Assembly (NCBI GenBank): GCA_963718875.1
Contig: OY970378.1
Location: 541,373-605,372, forward strand
DNA: 64,000 bases
DNA from: Candidatus Parcubacteria bacterium
GTDB taxonomy: Bacteria; Patescibacteriota; Saccharimonadia; UBA4664; JBIOIQ01
Reading direction: 5' to 3'
A program made the translations under genes and the position numbers. The notes beneath the pieces were generated by a model. That model was given only the letters and a program-made list of their open reading frames with translations. It was not told the DNA's origin and did not search any database. Position 1 is the first letter of the stretch, and each line of letters opens with the position of its first letter. Shown piece by piece: positions 48,176 to 57,242 of the stretch.

Positions 48176-50077
48176 TTACGAAGCTACTGGTATGACGGTT
48201 GGTTTGATTTGAATTGGTTGCGTGTTATTGGGTGCGGGAGTAATATCTGCCACTATTGGTCTTGGAGCCTGGGTTGGTGCGGGTTCTGTCGTTTGTGCTA
48301 GGGATGGTGAAGCGGTTGACGTAGTTACAACCTGTGGTTGGGGTGCGGAGATTGGAACGGGGGCTGGTGCGACTTCGGTTTGGGCAACGGAGGCGGGTAT
48401 GATCGGGGCGGTCTCTAAGCTTTCCGTGGCAGGTGCACCGGCAGGGGTTTCGATTCGAGGTAATTTAAAGAAAAAGGTCGAGCCTTTGCCAAACTCGCTT
48501 TCGACCCAGATAAGGCCGTTAAATAATTCAATTAAAGTCCGGCACAAATATAAACCCAGGCCGGTGCCGCCGATGGTACGGGTGGCTGAGTTGTCAACTC
48601 GGTAAAATTTTTGGAACAAGTGGCCAATATCTTCTTTTGGTATGCCTATCCCGGTGTCGTGTAGTGAAACAGTTACGGCCTTGTCATCGCCAGTAACGTT
48701 TACAGTTATCCCTCCCTCACTGGTGAACTTCATGCCATTTTCGATTAAGTTCATAATAACTTCGCGCATGCGTTCGGCATCTACCATTACCCAGTAGCTT
48801 GGCACTAGAACCTTACGGCTGCCCATGTTGGTAGACATGAAGGTAATAGTAAGGTTTTTCTTGGCAGCGGCAAACTGCATGTCGGTGGTTATATCTTGGA
48901 GCATTTTGGTGATATCGACAGGCGTAAGATTACGGGCAATTAGACCCTCATCGAGTTTGGTAACGGATAAGAGGTCGCGGAATAATGCTCCAAGGTGTTG
49001 GGTGTTTTCATGAGCTTTGGAGAGGTAGCTCATGGCACGATCATCAACTGTGGCAACTTTGGCATTCATGGCGAGCGATATGTAGCCTTCAATGGCGGCT
49101 ACGGGCGTGCGCATTTCGTGTGAGGCGGTTGAAACAAACTCATTGCGAGTGCGTTCTACCTCTTTTTCACGACTTATATCGCGCAAGACTGCAATCCCGC
49201 CGGTAATCTGCTTCTCGTTGTTGTAAATAGGTGCAATTGAGGCCGAGAGCTCAATGCGCTTACCGTCTTTTGAAGTACAAATCAAATCATTTTTGACAAG
49301 GCTCGACTGCTCAGCCCATGATTTAATGAAAGGATCGTTTTCATCGGTTATGTCCTTATTACCACTTTGAAGCTTTAATACTAGCCGGTAATCAATGTTT
49401 TTAGCCGAAATTTCCTCCCAACCTGTCAGTTTTTCAGCGGCTTTATTCATGAGGAGTATGTGGCGGGATTGGTCTACAACTACTACGCCGTCGGCCATGC
49501 TGGTCATGAGGGCATTGGCTTTGAGCTGTTCTTCGGTGAGACGTCCCGATAGTGAGTCTACGGCTTGGCGACGAGATACGGTTCCACGATAGTAAACCCA
49601 TTCCGCGAGGGCTGCAGCGATAAAAGATATCAAAAGCTGAATAATGTGGCTTGAAAAGTAACTAGCGCTAAAGCCGTGTTGGGCAAGGGCAATAAAATGC
49701 GCCAGTAGCGTTAGGGCAAGGATGGCAATAGTATAGACTTGTCCAAACATTCCTGAGCCCACAATAGCTATGAGCCACAAAGCATACACTGGTGAATCAA
49801 GGCCACCGGTTTCATCGATGACCAATATGAGGTTTAGGGCAGTTATTATGGCTATGATGAGACTGGATAAGCCCTGATGAAATCGACGCAGGAAATGATG
49901 GATACTGGCATAATATAGGACACCAATAAGGGATAGGCCGGCGATGATTTCTACTTGGATAAGGCCTCGAAGGGAATCAGGCCGTACCATGTATGAAATA
50001 GCAATAGCAAATAGCACCAACCCGTTGAGGGCGGCTAGCGATGCAGCCAAAATGCTAAAACTCGATTTTTGTTCCAA
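48176..50077 (-). CDS. Membrane-anchored sensor histidine kinase (multi-TM N-domain, PAS, HisKA, HATPase_c) with Pro/Ala/Thr-rich C-terminal tail
   Basis: SHEMRTPVAAIEGYISL H-box, ENGMKFT N-box, GGTGLGLYLCRTLIELFNG G-box. Confidence 0.8.
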   Translation of the reverse strand: MEQKSSFSILAASLAALNGLVLFAIAISYMVRPDSLRGLIQVEIIAGLSLIGVLYYASIHHFLRRFHQGLSSLIIAIITALNLILVIDETGGLDSPVYALWLIAIVGSGMFGQVYTIAILALTLLAHFIALAQHGFSASYFSSHIIQLLISFIAAALAEWVYYRGTVSRRQAVDSLSGRLTEEQLKANALMTSMADGVVVVDQSRHILLMNKAAEKLTGWEEISAKNIDYRLVLKLQSGNKDITDENDPFIKSWAEQSSLVKNDLICTSKDGKRIELSASIAPIYNNEKQITGGIAVLRDISREKEVERTRNEFVSTASHEMRTPVAAIEGYISLAMNAKVATVDDRAMSYLSKAHENTQHLGALFRDLLSVTKLDEGLIARNLTPVDITKMLQDITTDMQFAAAKKNLTITFMSTNMGSRKVLVPSYWVMVDAERMREVIMNLIENGMKFTSEGGITVNVTGDDKAVTVSLHDTGIGIPKEDIGHLFQKFYRVDNSATRTIGGTGLGLYLCRTLIELFNGLIWVESEFGKGSTFFFKLPRIETPAGAPATESLETAPIIPASVAQTEVAPAPVPISAPQPQVVTTSTASPSLAQTTEPAPTQAPRPIVADITPAPNNTQPIQIKPTVIPVAS

Positions 50078-50180
50078 TGACTTGCTAAAGCTTTTAAACT
50101 ATTCCTCTTATGCTTCTAGGTAATTATGGGCTATTTTTGAGGTTTTTTCAAGGTTAAGATGACGCGGATTGGTGTGAGAT

Positions 50181-50217
50181 TAAAAAAAACAAGCCCGGGA
50201 AGTGTTTCTCCCGGGCT
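50181..50217 (-). terminator. GC-rich rho-independent terminator for 50254..51303 (minus strand)
   Basis: AGCCCGGGAgaaacacttCCCGGGCT hairpin followed by TTTTTTTT on the minus strand. Confidence 0.55.
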
Positions 50218-50253
50218 CCGGACGGGCAGGTCGTTTTTTCCTGCTCCCAGTGG

Positions 50254-51303
50254 CTACTTTGCGACAGCGGCCCTCGAGCTTTCGAAGCGCCTCTCTTCGG
50301 CTTCAGCTATGCCACGGAGTATGACTACTCGGGCGGCTTCTGATCCGTTAACCCAGGCCTCCTGCATGTTTCTCGGCGTTCTCGTTTCGGAGACCCCTGC
50401 CGGATTAGCAGGGCGGATCGGTCGAGGCTGGAGCGCCAATTCTTCCAGTTTTTTCCATGACGCCTTATCGAGGGGGTAGACATCGGCGTCCTCGAGGAGT
50501 CCGATTTGTCCGATACCGAGAAGGATCTCGATAAAGTGGGGTCGTGACGCTTCCAGCCGAGACAAAACTTGGCCGGCTTGAGATGAGTGTCCGCTTGATC
50601 TGGGGTTAAAAGTCCAGCCCAGTTTGCAGAGCTCCAATGCGAACCGATCAGCTTGCTCCACGTGGATGGAGCTCCGTGACCCGTTGTAGCGCAAGTTCTG
50701 AATCTGTCCGCGTTTATTCGAGCGGAAGAACCAGATGAGTTGGGGCAAGACTTCAGGATGGACGGCGTTCCAAAGCCATGAAGGCAATCTTCCCTCTTGG
50801 TTGGCGTTCTTGAACAGATGTTGCGAGACTACACCGAAGGCTTTGCGGGCCAATTGCTGTCTCAAGCGAGCTGTGTTTAGATGGACTTCGGATAGATCGC
50901 CGTCGCTGTACTCGTCGATTCGCATGAAGCTATCTTCGGCAGAGGCGTGACCGTCGGCAATCATCAGGTAGAAACGAATGCGTTGCGCTTGGACGTTCAT
51001 CTCCTGCGTCTGGCTCAATCCCACTACATTGTTGCTAACAGCCGGGACGGCGAAGCCGCAATGCAGGAGCCCGAAAAGCTCCTCAAAGTGGCTGGCCGAG
51101 CCCCAGTGCTCGAGCCACTTTTCCCAGCTTGGGAAAGTCACGGTGTTGATAGTCAGAAGCGGATGGTCCGCGGGGACTAACCAGGACCAGGCTTTACTCA
51201 AGGTACTACCTCCATCACAATGCCACGTAATTTGTGGCCGGTTTGTTGGTGGAGTTATTTTGGCAGTAAGTAAAATATTTTGCAAGTTCGCGTCATGGTT
51301 CAA
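50254..51303 (-). CDS. Hypothetical protein, GC-rich (~55-58%) probable horizontally acquired gene; only a TTG start is available (5' end possibly disrupted)
   Basis: 349-aa ORF, no recognised domain; no in-frame ATG until ~codon 100; IS481-IR-like sequence overlaps the 5' end. Confidence 0.35.
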   Translation of the reverse strand: MNHDANLQNILLTAKITPPTNRPQITWHCDGGSTLSKAWSWLVPADHPLLTINTVTFPSWEKWLEHWGSASHFEELFGLLHCGFAVPAVSNNVVGLSQTQEMNVQAQRIRFYLMIADGHASAEDSFMRIDEYSDGDLSEVHLNTARLRQQLARKAFGVVSQHLFKNANQEGRLPSWLWNAVHPEVLPQLIWFFRSNKRGQIQNLRYNGSRSSIHVEQADRFALELCKLGWTFNPRSSGHSSQAGQVLSRLEASRPHFIEILLGIGQIGLLEDADVYPLDKASWKKLEELALQPRPIRPANPAGVSETRTPRNMQEAWVNGSEAARVVILRGIAEAEERRFESSRAAVAK

Positions 51304-51325
51304 TAGCTTGGAATCATTCTAAGTT
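51289..51325 (+). repeat. Solo IS481-like terminal-repeat remnant
   Basis: GCGTCATGGTTCAATAGCTTGGAATCATTCTAAG matches the IS481 element left end (32491..32525) at ~28/35 positions, including a 16-nt exact run AATGGTTCAATAGCTT. Confidence 0.4.
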
Positions 51326-51326
51326 C

Positions 51327-51367
51327 AGGAAGTCCGACTTCCTTGTACCGTGGGAAGTCAGACTTCC
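51327..51367. promoter_or_regulatory. Two tandem perfect palindromes AGGAAGTC-C-GACTTCCT and GGAAGTC-A-GACTTCC (centres 25 bp apart): candidate operator pair upstream of 50254..51303
   Basis: Seen in sequence; 1-nt centres make RNA hairpins implausible, so a DNA-binding dimer site is favoured. Confidence 0.4.
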
Positions 51368-51430
51368 TGGTTGCTCGAAAAGAAGTCTAATGATTTTCGA
51401 ACTGCTTCTGCTCACATAGTAAGGAGCTCG

Positions 51431-51772
51431 CTACAATGTTCTTGGTTGGGGAAAGTACTTTTTTACGATGCAATAATTTTTGAAACTGGTTATGATCTCT
51501 TCAATATCTAGACTGACATGTTGAGGGACCACCATAAAATGCATATTTTTGCGGTGAAGACTCTCGTATTCCTGAGTAGAGATTGAGATGGTTTCGAAGC
51601 AATTCTTTATATCACATTCGCAGCCAAATAGCATATCGTCATGATTCGGCACTTTTCTTGATTGCGTGACTATGTCTGAATTTTCTTCGTTGAGTATTTT
51701 AGCTTCAATCTCATTCAATATTCGTTTTTTTGGAGTAGCCGGTTGAGTAGCTTTGTTTGACTGTTGAGTCAT
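51431..51772 (-). CDS. Small hypothetical protein, Cys-motif paralog A (113 aa)
   Basis: Shares KRILNE..KILNEE, CECD..C, FxVVPxHVxLDIEEIIxSF with adjacent 51791..52141. Confidence 0.45.
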   Translation of the reverse strand: MTQQSNKATQPATPKKRILNEIEAKILNEENSDIVTQSRKVPNHDDMLFGCECDIKNCFETISISTQEYESLHRKNMHFMVVPQHVSLDIEEIITSFKNYCIVKKYFPQPRTL

Positions 51773-51790
51773 AAGTATAAGTCCTTGTGC

Positions 51791-52141
51791 TTAAGTTTTT
51801 TTTGGGTGTGGAAAGAATTTACCCACTACCGTATATTCAGAGAAACTACTTATTATTTCTTCAATATCAAGCCTGACATGACCTGGCACAACCACAAAGT
51901 TCCTGTTTTTTTGGTGTACTTGTTTGTATTCCTCAGTTGGCATAGAAACAAACTCCGTACACTTCTCGTCATCACACTCACAATGAAACGGTACTTTGGA
52001 AAAATTGGACAACCGAGACCCTTTTAGCGATTGAATATGTGTCTCCATTTTTTCTTCATTGAGTATTTTGGAGGCAAACTCATTTAAAATGCGTTTTTCA
52101 AGCGCGATTTGGAGCCCTCTTGTTGGTAGGTTCTCTTGCAT
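51791..52141 (-). CDS. Small hypothetical protein, Cys-motif paralog B (116 aa)
   Basis: Tandem paralog of 51431..51772 (~40% identity by eye); ATG at complement of 52139..52141. Confidence 0.45.
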   Translation of the reverse strand: MQENLPTRGLQIALEKRILNEFASKILNEEKMETHIQSLKGSRLSNFSKVPFHCECDDEKCTEFVSMPTEEYKQVHQKNRNFVVVPGHVRLDIEEIISSFSEYTVVGKFFPHPKKT

Positions 52142-52144
52142 AAA

Positions 52145-52166
52145 AATCCCTTATGGCTAAGGGATT
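52145..52166 (-). other. Hairpin AATCCCTTA-tggc-TAAGGGATT immediately upstream (3 nt) of the paralog B start codon; its 3' arm contains the only SD-like AAGGGA; same core as the terminator hairpin at 12445
   Basis: Seen in sequence; may sequester the ribosome-binding site. Confidence 0.35.
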
Positions 52167-52385
52167 AACTTAACCAGAGCGTAAATGCTCTGGAACAAAG
52201 ATCAGGTCGTACTAGTGGCTCAACACCCGTAGTCTCTGATCAACGCAACGTAAGGCCGTCAGGTTTCTAGATGTACTCATTGTTTCATCTATTTGCGCGT
52301 AGTGCCGAAAGAAAGGGCAGCTTACTCCATTAAAACAAAATAGAGGCTTGGTAAAGCTTCTATAATACTTAGGTGAGCATTAACG

Positions 52386-52477
52386 CCTCGTACACCGAAC
52401 CTTTCGGGTTCTCATCCCCAGCGAAATAACCAAAATGCTCCTGAGCTTGCTCGGGGGCATTTTGGTAGCCCACCTAA
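52386..52477. repeat. Direct repeat copy A (~92 bp) of the tRNA-Glu-proximal sequence, including a bidirectional terminator hairpin and a tRNA 3'-end-like TGGGCTACCA (on the complement); followed by a degenerate tRNA-like tail to ~52540
   Basis: ~85% identical to 55204..55291; the central 19 bp (TCCTGAGCTTGCTCGGGGG) is inverted relative to copy B, preserving the hairpin; flanking hairpin GAACC-tttc-GGTTC shows covariation with AACCC-ttc-GGGTT. Confidence 0.5.
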
Positions 52478-52649
52478 TGTCGAATTGGAACCATATCCTT
52501 AAAAGACATAGACCAATGGTACCTAACGCTAAAGGCAACAGATCTGTCGTCTACATTCCAGTAGGGAGCTGAACCACCTTTTATAGTGTAGAAAGAAGTC
52601 CCATTGATAAGCCAATGCGGTAATCTTAGTGGTAAAATTCGATACCTAT

Positions 52650-53189
52650 TCAACCCCGTCTAGATCGGGTTAGGCTACCAAACGATAGTAACATAACCAG
52701 CCCAGCAGCGAGGAGTAATAGTGGAAATGCATAAGCAGCTAGCGTTCCTAGTACTGAGAAGGCATAAGCCGTTAATAGACTAGAGCGAAGCATGTCGCCC
52801 ATAAACATTGTTTGCCTCAATCCAGCTAGCTTTTGATCTTGCGGGTTAGCCATAGCCTGTGTGCTAATCTCAGAGTAAGTTTTACCACCGGATGCTTTCA
52901 TCATATGCTTCCATATAAACTCATCTGCATAAGCCTTGGCTTTGGCCCCATTATCAACTGGCTGCCCAGCATACTGCTGCAAACCGGGGTATTCCTTAGG
53001 ATCGAGCCCGGGGGAGCCTTTTGGTGGAAATTTAATTTTTTCTTGAACTAACTGCCTACGAACCTGTTCTGTCGCAAAATCATTTCCAGCCCAAGCACCG
53101 ATTGCGGCAATTACCAGTAGTACTGTCAACACCAACCCTAAACTACCCATAAGACGATTTAATTTTGATTGTGTAACATTTTTTGCCAT
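52650..53189 (-). CDS. Hypothetical membrane protein (N- and C-terminal TM helices)
   Basis: 179-aa ORF; hydrophobic termini. Confidence 0.4.
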   Translation of the reverse strand: MAKNVTQSKLNRLMGSLGLVLTVLLVIAAIGAWAGNDFATEQVRRQLVQEKIKFPPKGSPGLDPKEYPGLQQYAGQPVDNGAKAKAYADEFIWKHMMKASGGKTYSEISTQAMANPQDQKLAGLRQTMFMGDMLRSSLLTAYAFSVLGTLAAYAFPLLLLAAGLVMLLSFGSLTRSRRG

Positions 53190-53280
53190 TTTTCTTCCTT
53201 TATAGGACTCATTTATTTTGACTCCTGCAGAGACTATATCAATTTAAACATAAGTAGTATGTGACGCAGATCACACAATT

Positions 53281-53706
53281 TCATTCGCGCCAATCAGCAA
53301 TCTTAAGTAGTTTACTTAAGTTATTCAGCGCTCTTGCCGACAAATCTCCCTGCCGGCTAGAGATAACTTCGGTCGTTGGTATTATCCGAGCTCTCTTTTT
53401 TGTGGCAGTAGGCAAACCAGTAGGTAGCAAGTAGCCCTGCCAAACATGGTTGCCAACGTTAAGTTCCAAATGAACCTGATCGCTCAGCTTCGGTTCATCC
53501 TCAACATTGTAGAGCCGGTATACACCTGTAGCCAAAATATGATCAGTTTTATGAAGCTTATGAGAAGCTACCAGAATCTCACCGATTCCTTTCGCCGCAA
53601 TCCAGACGAAAGTATCCTGATCAAGCATTAATATCTGATTATGAGCCTTACTCTCAACCAGTTTATAAACACCTTTAGGCAATACTGTCGTCATAAATAA
53701 CCCCAC
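53281..53706 (-). CDS. Hypothetical protein (141 aa), overlaps the DUF305 gene by 16 nt
   Basis: ORF only. Confidence 0.35.
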   Translation of the reverse strand: MGLFMTTVLPKGVYKLVESKAHNQILMLDQDTFVWIAAKGIGEILVASHKLHKTDHILATGVYRLYNVEDEPKLSDQVHLELNVGNHVWQGYLLPTGLPTATKKRARIIPTTEVISSRQGDLSARALNNLSKLLKIADWRE

Positions 53707-54080
53707 TGACTTAGCCAGCCCCTCATCTGCTGGATTTCACGACTTTGAACCGAAATTATGTCATTTGCCATTTGCTTAAGCTCTGGGTGTTTGGCTTTTT
53801 GCTTTACTAACTCAGCCATTTCTATGGCGGCTTCATGATGTGCGATCATGTCATTTAAAAAAACTTTGTCGAATGCATCGCCGTTTGTTGCTTCCAGGTT
53901 ATGAACCATGTCGTGCATACTAATGTCTGTATGAGTCTCAGATTGTTCTTTGTGTATACCCATCATCCGCATCATGCCGGGCATATTATTGTTGAGCGCC
54001 GCTCTTACTGCTAACACCGTGAACAGACTGCCAACCAAAAACCCAATAACCGCATAGAAAAATGATTCTTTGTAAGCCAT
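53691..54080 (-). CDS. DUF305 (CopM-like four-helix-bundle, metal-binding) family protein with N-terminal TM
   Basis: DMIAHHEAAIEMAELV...ANDIISVQSREIQQMRGWLSQWG matches the DUF305 signature. Confidence 0.5.
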   Translation of the reverse strand: MAYKESFFYAVIGFLVGSLFTVLAVRAALNNNMPGMMRMMGIHKEQSETHTDISMHDMVHNLEATNGDAFDKVFLNDMIAHHEAAIEMAELVKQKAKHPELKQMANDIISVQSREIQQMRGWLSQWGYL

Positions 54081-54344
54081 CGCTAGACCGATTGAAGTTG
54101 TTTAAAGTTGCTAACCAAAGAACTCTCTATCTCTTTCCTCTTGAAGGTGTGAAAGTAATAGTTTTCAAATTGTTCAATTATCTCTATTTGTTGTAAGACC
54201 TCAAAATCACAAAGCTCTAGGTTCTTGTCCTTGCTATAAGTTATTGCCTGCATAACCTACTCCTTTACCTCTATGTAATAAGTATAGGCAGGAGGTACGC
54301 TTTAAGCCGTGACATAAGTTGTAACTAATCTGTGATATAGATCA

Positions 54345-55028
54345 CTATAGATCTTTGCCCAGGGATTCTTCCAGTTTTATTAAATCTGGTATAGATATCT
54401 GTCTTTGACTAATAGCAATTAATCCTTCTGCTTTCAGCTTCTGTATTTCCCGGCTAACAGTCTCTCTAGAGAGCCCTGCTCGGCTACCAATATCGCTTTC
54501 ATTTAGACTGATATGAATGGCCGTATCTTGTTTTTTACCAAACCTACGACACTCAATTATGAGCTCATACATTACCCGGCTTTTAGCGGTGCTAGCCATT
54601 AAATGGGCCATGCGCCGTAATAACCCATCGGTTCCCCTGTACACCCTACTGAGAAGGTCGTAGAGAACGTCAGGGTTAGAGCGGACGAACTTTATGACAT
54701 CTTTGATTGGCGTTATGTTCAAGCCTATATCTTCTTCGGCTTCATAGTAATAATCATTCGGAGTCTGATTGATAGCATAGGACATTGGGAAAAATGCCGG
54801 TGGCTTAAAGACATTCAATACCACTTCATCCCCCCGATATGACAAATCGTATTGTTTAACCTTGCCGGAGATTAAGTGATATACACTTGATGGGTCGTCG
54901 CCAGCGTGAATTAATATTTGACCATTTTTATAGTGCCTAACGGGGTAATTGGTAAAGAAAGCTTCGATTTTTTCTGCTGCATCAGGATTCATTACAATAT
55001 TCCTTGAGTGATGAATAAAGTATATCAA
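54345..55028 (-). CDS. Crp/Fnr-family transcriptional regulator (cNMP-binding + HTH); likely start M 54992
   Basis: cNMP-binding beta-roll region; C-terminal HTH RAGLSRETVSREIQKLKAEGLI. Confidence 0.7.
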   Translation of the reverse strand: MIYFIHHSRNIVMNPDAAEKIEAFFTNYPVRHYKNGQILIHAGDDPSSVYHLISGKVKQYDLSYRGDEVVLNVFKPPAFFPMSYAINQTPNDYYYEAEEDIGLNITPIKDVIKFVRSNPDVLYDLLSRVYRGTDGLLRRMAHLMASTAKSRVMYELIIECRRFGKKQDTAIHISLNESDIGSRAGLSRETVSREIQKLKAEGLIAISQRQISIPDLIKLEESLGKDL

Positions 55029-55203
55029 GTGCGAGGCTAATCACAGCGATTTAAAATGAGCTCTCTCTACAGGTTTGCAACAAACAAAAAAGACGCTTCT
55101 GCGCCCTCTGAGTCAACTATGGTAGCCCCAGGGGATTGTGGCTACGCAACCTCCCTGTGGTGCTCGACAAAAGCTCGAGTAAACTCGGCGTTTGCTCTGT
55201 GCT

Positions 55204-55279
55204 CCTCGTACACCAAACCCTTCGGGTTCTCATCCCAGCGAAATAACCAAAATGCCCCCGAGCAAGCTCAGGAGCATTT
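55204..55279 (-). terminator. Direct repeat copy B: rho-independent terminator immediately 3' of tRNA-Glu on the minus strand
   Basis: Minus-strand hairpin AAAATGCTCCTGAGC-ttgc-TCGGGGGCATTTTGGTTATTTC directly after the tRNA CCA end. Confidence 0.5.
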
Positions 55280-55356
55280 TGGTAGTCCCAGGGGGATTCG
55301 AACCCCCGATCTCCTGGATGAGAACCAGGTGTCCTAGGCCACTAGACGATGGGACC
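55280..55356 (-). tRNA. tRNA-Glu (anticodon CUC), CCA encoded
   Basis: Reverse complement GGTCCCATCGTCTAGTGGCCTAGGACACCTGGTTCTCATCCAGGAGATCGGGGGTTCGAATCCCCCTGGGACTACCA: 7-bp acceptor stem (one G.U), D-loop AGTGG, anticodon loop TTCTCAT, T-loop TTCGAAT. Confidence 0.85.
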
Positions 55357-55806
55357 TTATGTTCGGCTTGTTGATCTGGCGCAGCACTTTGTCAATGCCT
55401 CCAGTCCGCACTCTCCGTAGGGTACTACGGTTCGCTTACGGGCTTCAGCTTTTTCTCGTTCTGCATCCAGCTCAACAACCCTCAATGATTATGGGATACT
55501 TCATTGTTTTAAAGAAAATTAACTTGGCTATCTTATCACTTTTAGGCTCAACCGTCATGACTCTTTTCGATCGAGCATCACGTGTATAAAATTGACTAAA
55601 CTTGAGAATTTTGATATTATATAATCTATGTCTGTATAAGCCAGGTTGTCCTAAAAAGCTAGCTGGATTAAAAAGATCGTACGAGCCATTGCTCTATAGA
55701 GCCTGTTCTTAGGAGTTTTGTGGCTGAGCTTATTTTGAAAGTGTACCTGTCTGGTTGTGTTGTCGTAGTTCTGGGCTTTGGTCTGTGTTTTATTAGGGTA
55801 AGGAAT

Positions 55807-55959
55807 ATGAAAAACCCTAATGATGCAGAAACAAAGCGTGTCCTGAAAGCTTTTCTACTCGACATCGGACCCCGCTACATCTTCATCTGGCCCTGGAGCT
55901 GTGTCATCTCCCCTCTCTACATGCTGTTTACTGGCAAACTGAAAAGGACGCGTGACTAA
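55807..55959 (+). CDS. Small hypothetical hydrophobic protein (50 aa) with its own promoter and terminator (low confidence)
   Basis: AAGGAA SD before ATG 55807; upstream TTGACT-17-TATTAT promoter ~55598; imperfect hairpin + TTTTCTCGTT terminator ~55975..56030. Confidence 0.3.
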   Translation: MKNPNDAETKRVLKAFLLDIGPRYIFIWPWSCVISPLYMLFTGKLKRTRD

Positions 55960-56150
55960 AATGCCCATTGCCCCGCTTCACGCGGCGAGATACTCTTCTC
56001 TCTCGTGAGACGGGGTTTTCTCGTTAATAGGCTTTAGTTTCAAAAAATTGAGTTGATTTTATAGCAGCTGTATTTGACATAATGCTTATGTTTAATTAGG
56101 CTTAATTTAGCTCTAAAAAGCTATTTTAAACTTTAAAAAACAGGATTTTA

Positions 56151-57149
56151 ATGAAAAAAGCCGCGATCATTTTAGTTATCTTTCTAGGACTGAGTTGGCC
56201 TCACGCATCAAATGCTTACAAACCAACCGAAATAATTCCTGTCGTTAACGACGTGATATCTGAAACTGACAAAACGTTTGGCAGTATGGATGAAAATAGT
56301 ACTGATTCGGAGATTACGGCGGCTCTTTCAAAAATTTCTGCTAGTTACAGAAATGCTGCTGTAAAAATAAAAGCATTATTTCCAGAGGGTGATAAGCAGA
56401 AAAGCTTGCAAACCAGGTTAGCTGCTACGTTCGAAAAGCTTCAAACCTCGGTTGAGGAAGCGTCTTCGGCATTCGCTCGTAATGACAACGACGGTGTCAC
56501 AAAAGCATTAAATCAGCACGACGCTTATACCCCTGAGTTAAACCAGGAAATTGACGAAATGAATAAGCTCTTTGACCTTAGCGGATCTGATTACACGGTT
56601 TTGTATGCAGCACTAACTATTATTTTTGGTCTTATTTCCGTGGGCTTGTTCATTGCCTCTAGGGTTGGAGACAAAATATTAGAATCGGCTGTTTTACAAA
56701 ATAAACTGCAGTTTCAACTGTTTAAATCAAGTTTGTGGCCTACTATCGGTAGCTTAATCAGCTTGGTTTGGTATGTTAATACTCCCCCAGGTGGTACTTA
56801 TTATGTCTTGTGGGGGCCAATTGCAATTGGGGGCTTTATTTTTGCTAAGCAATATGTAGGCTATTTAGGTGAGAAGAAACAGTTGCATCAGCTAAGGGTT
56901 GATGAACAAGCAAAGCTGACCGCAATTCAAAACCCCACATCTACCCCTGCTTCGCCTTTTTTGAATCCAACCACACCTTTAGCTCCATCAGTCTCGCCTC
57001 CTGCGCTAGCTCCATTAGAATCTTCTCCTCAAAACACACCCGCTCCACTTCCTTCGTCCCCTTCAACTTCTTCTGATCCAATTTCTCCTACGGATCCGCC
57101 ACCCTCAGCTCCTTCGTCTACACCGCCTCCACCCCCTACTGCGCTATAA
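56151..57149 (+). CDS. Secreted/membrane protein: signal peptide, helical N-domain, two TM helices, Pro/Ser/Thr-rich C-terminal tail
   Basis: MKKAAIILVIFLGLSWPHASNA signal peptide; C-terminal ...PPSAPSSTPPPPPTAL. Confidence 0.5.
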   Translation: MKKAAIILVIFLGLSWPHASNAYKPTEIIPVVNDVISETDKTFGSMDENSTDSEITAALSKISASYRNAAVKIKALFPEGDKQKSLQTRLAATFEKLQTSVEEASSAFARNDNDGVTKALNQHDAYTPELNQEIDEMNKLFDLSGSDYTVLYAALTIIFGLISVGLFIASRVGDKILESAVLQNKLQFQLFKSSLWPTIGSLISLVWYVNTPPGGTYYVLWGPIAIGGFIFAKQYVGYLGEKKQLHQLRVDEQAKLTAIQNPTSTPASPFLNPTTPLAPSVSPPALAPLESSPQNTPAPLPSSPSTSSDPISPTDPPPSAPSSTPPPPPTAL

Positions 57150-57242
57150 AACTTGCTTTCACGTGCAAAGTGTGTTATGATTATACCCATGTGTCGGTAA
57201 TCGCCGACGCTTTCGATGCAGTTACGGCAAGAGGAGTGTCCA

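Noticed and set aside
51320-51370. GGAAGTCCG resembles the conserved RNase P RNA P4 sequence (GGAAAGUCCGG)
   Set aside because: The match is part of two perfect DNA palindromes with 1-nt centres, and no other RNase P conserved regions (e.g. ACAGAACCCGGCUUA) are nearby; an operator pair is the better explanation.
55056-55589. ORFs 55056..55337, 55192..55374 and 55359..55589 on the + strand
   Set aside because: They overlap the tRNA-Glu gene and its terminator repeat; no SD; tRNA and repeat structure explain the sequence.
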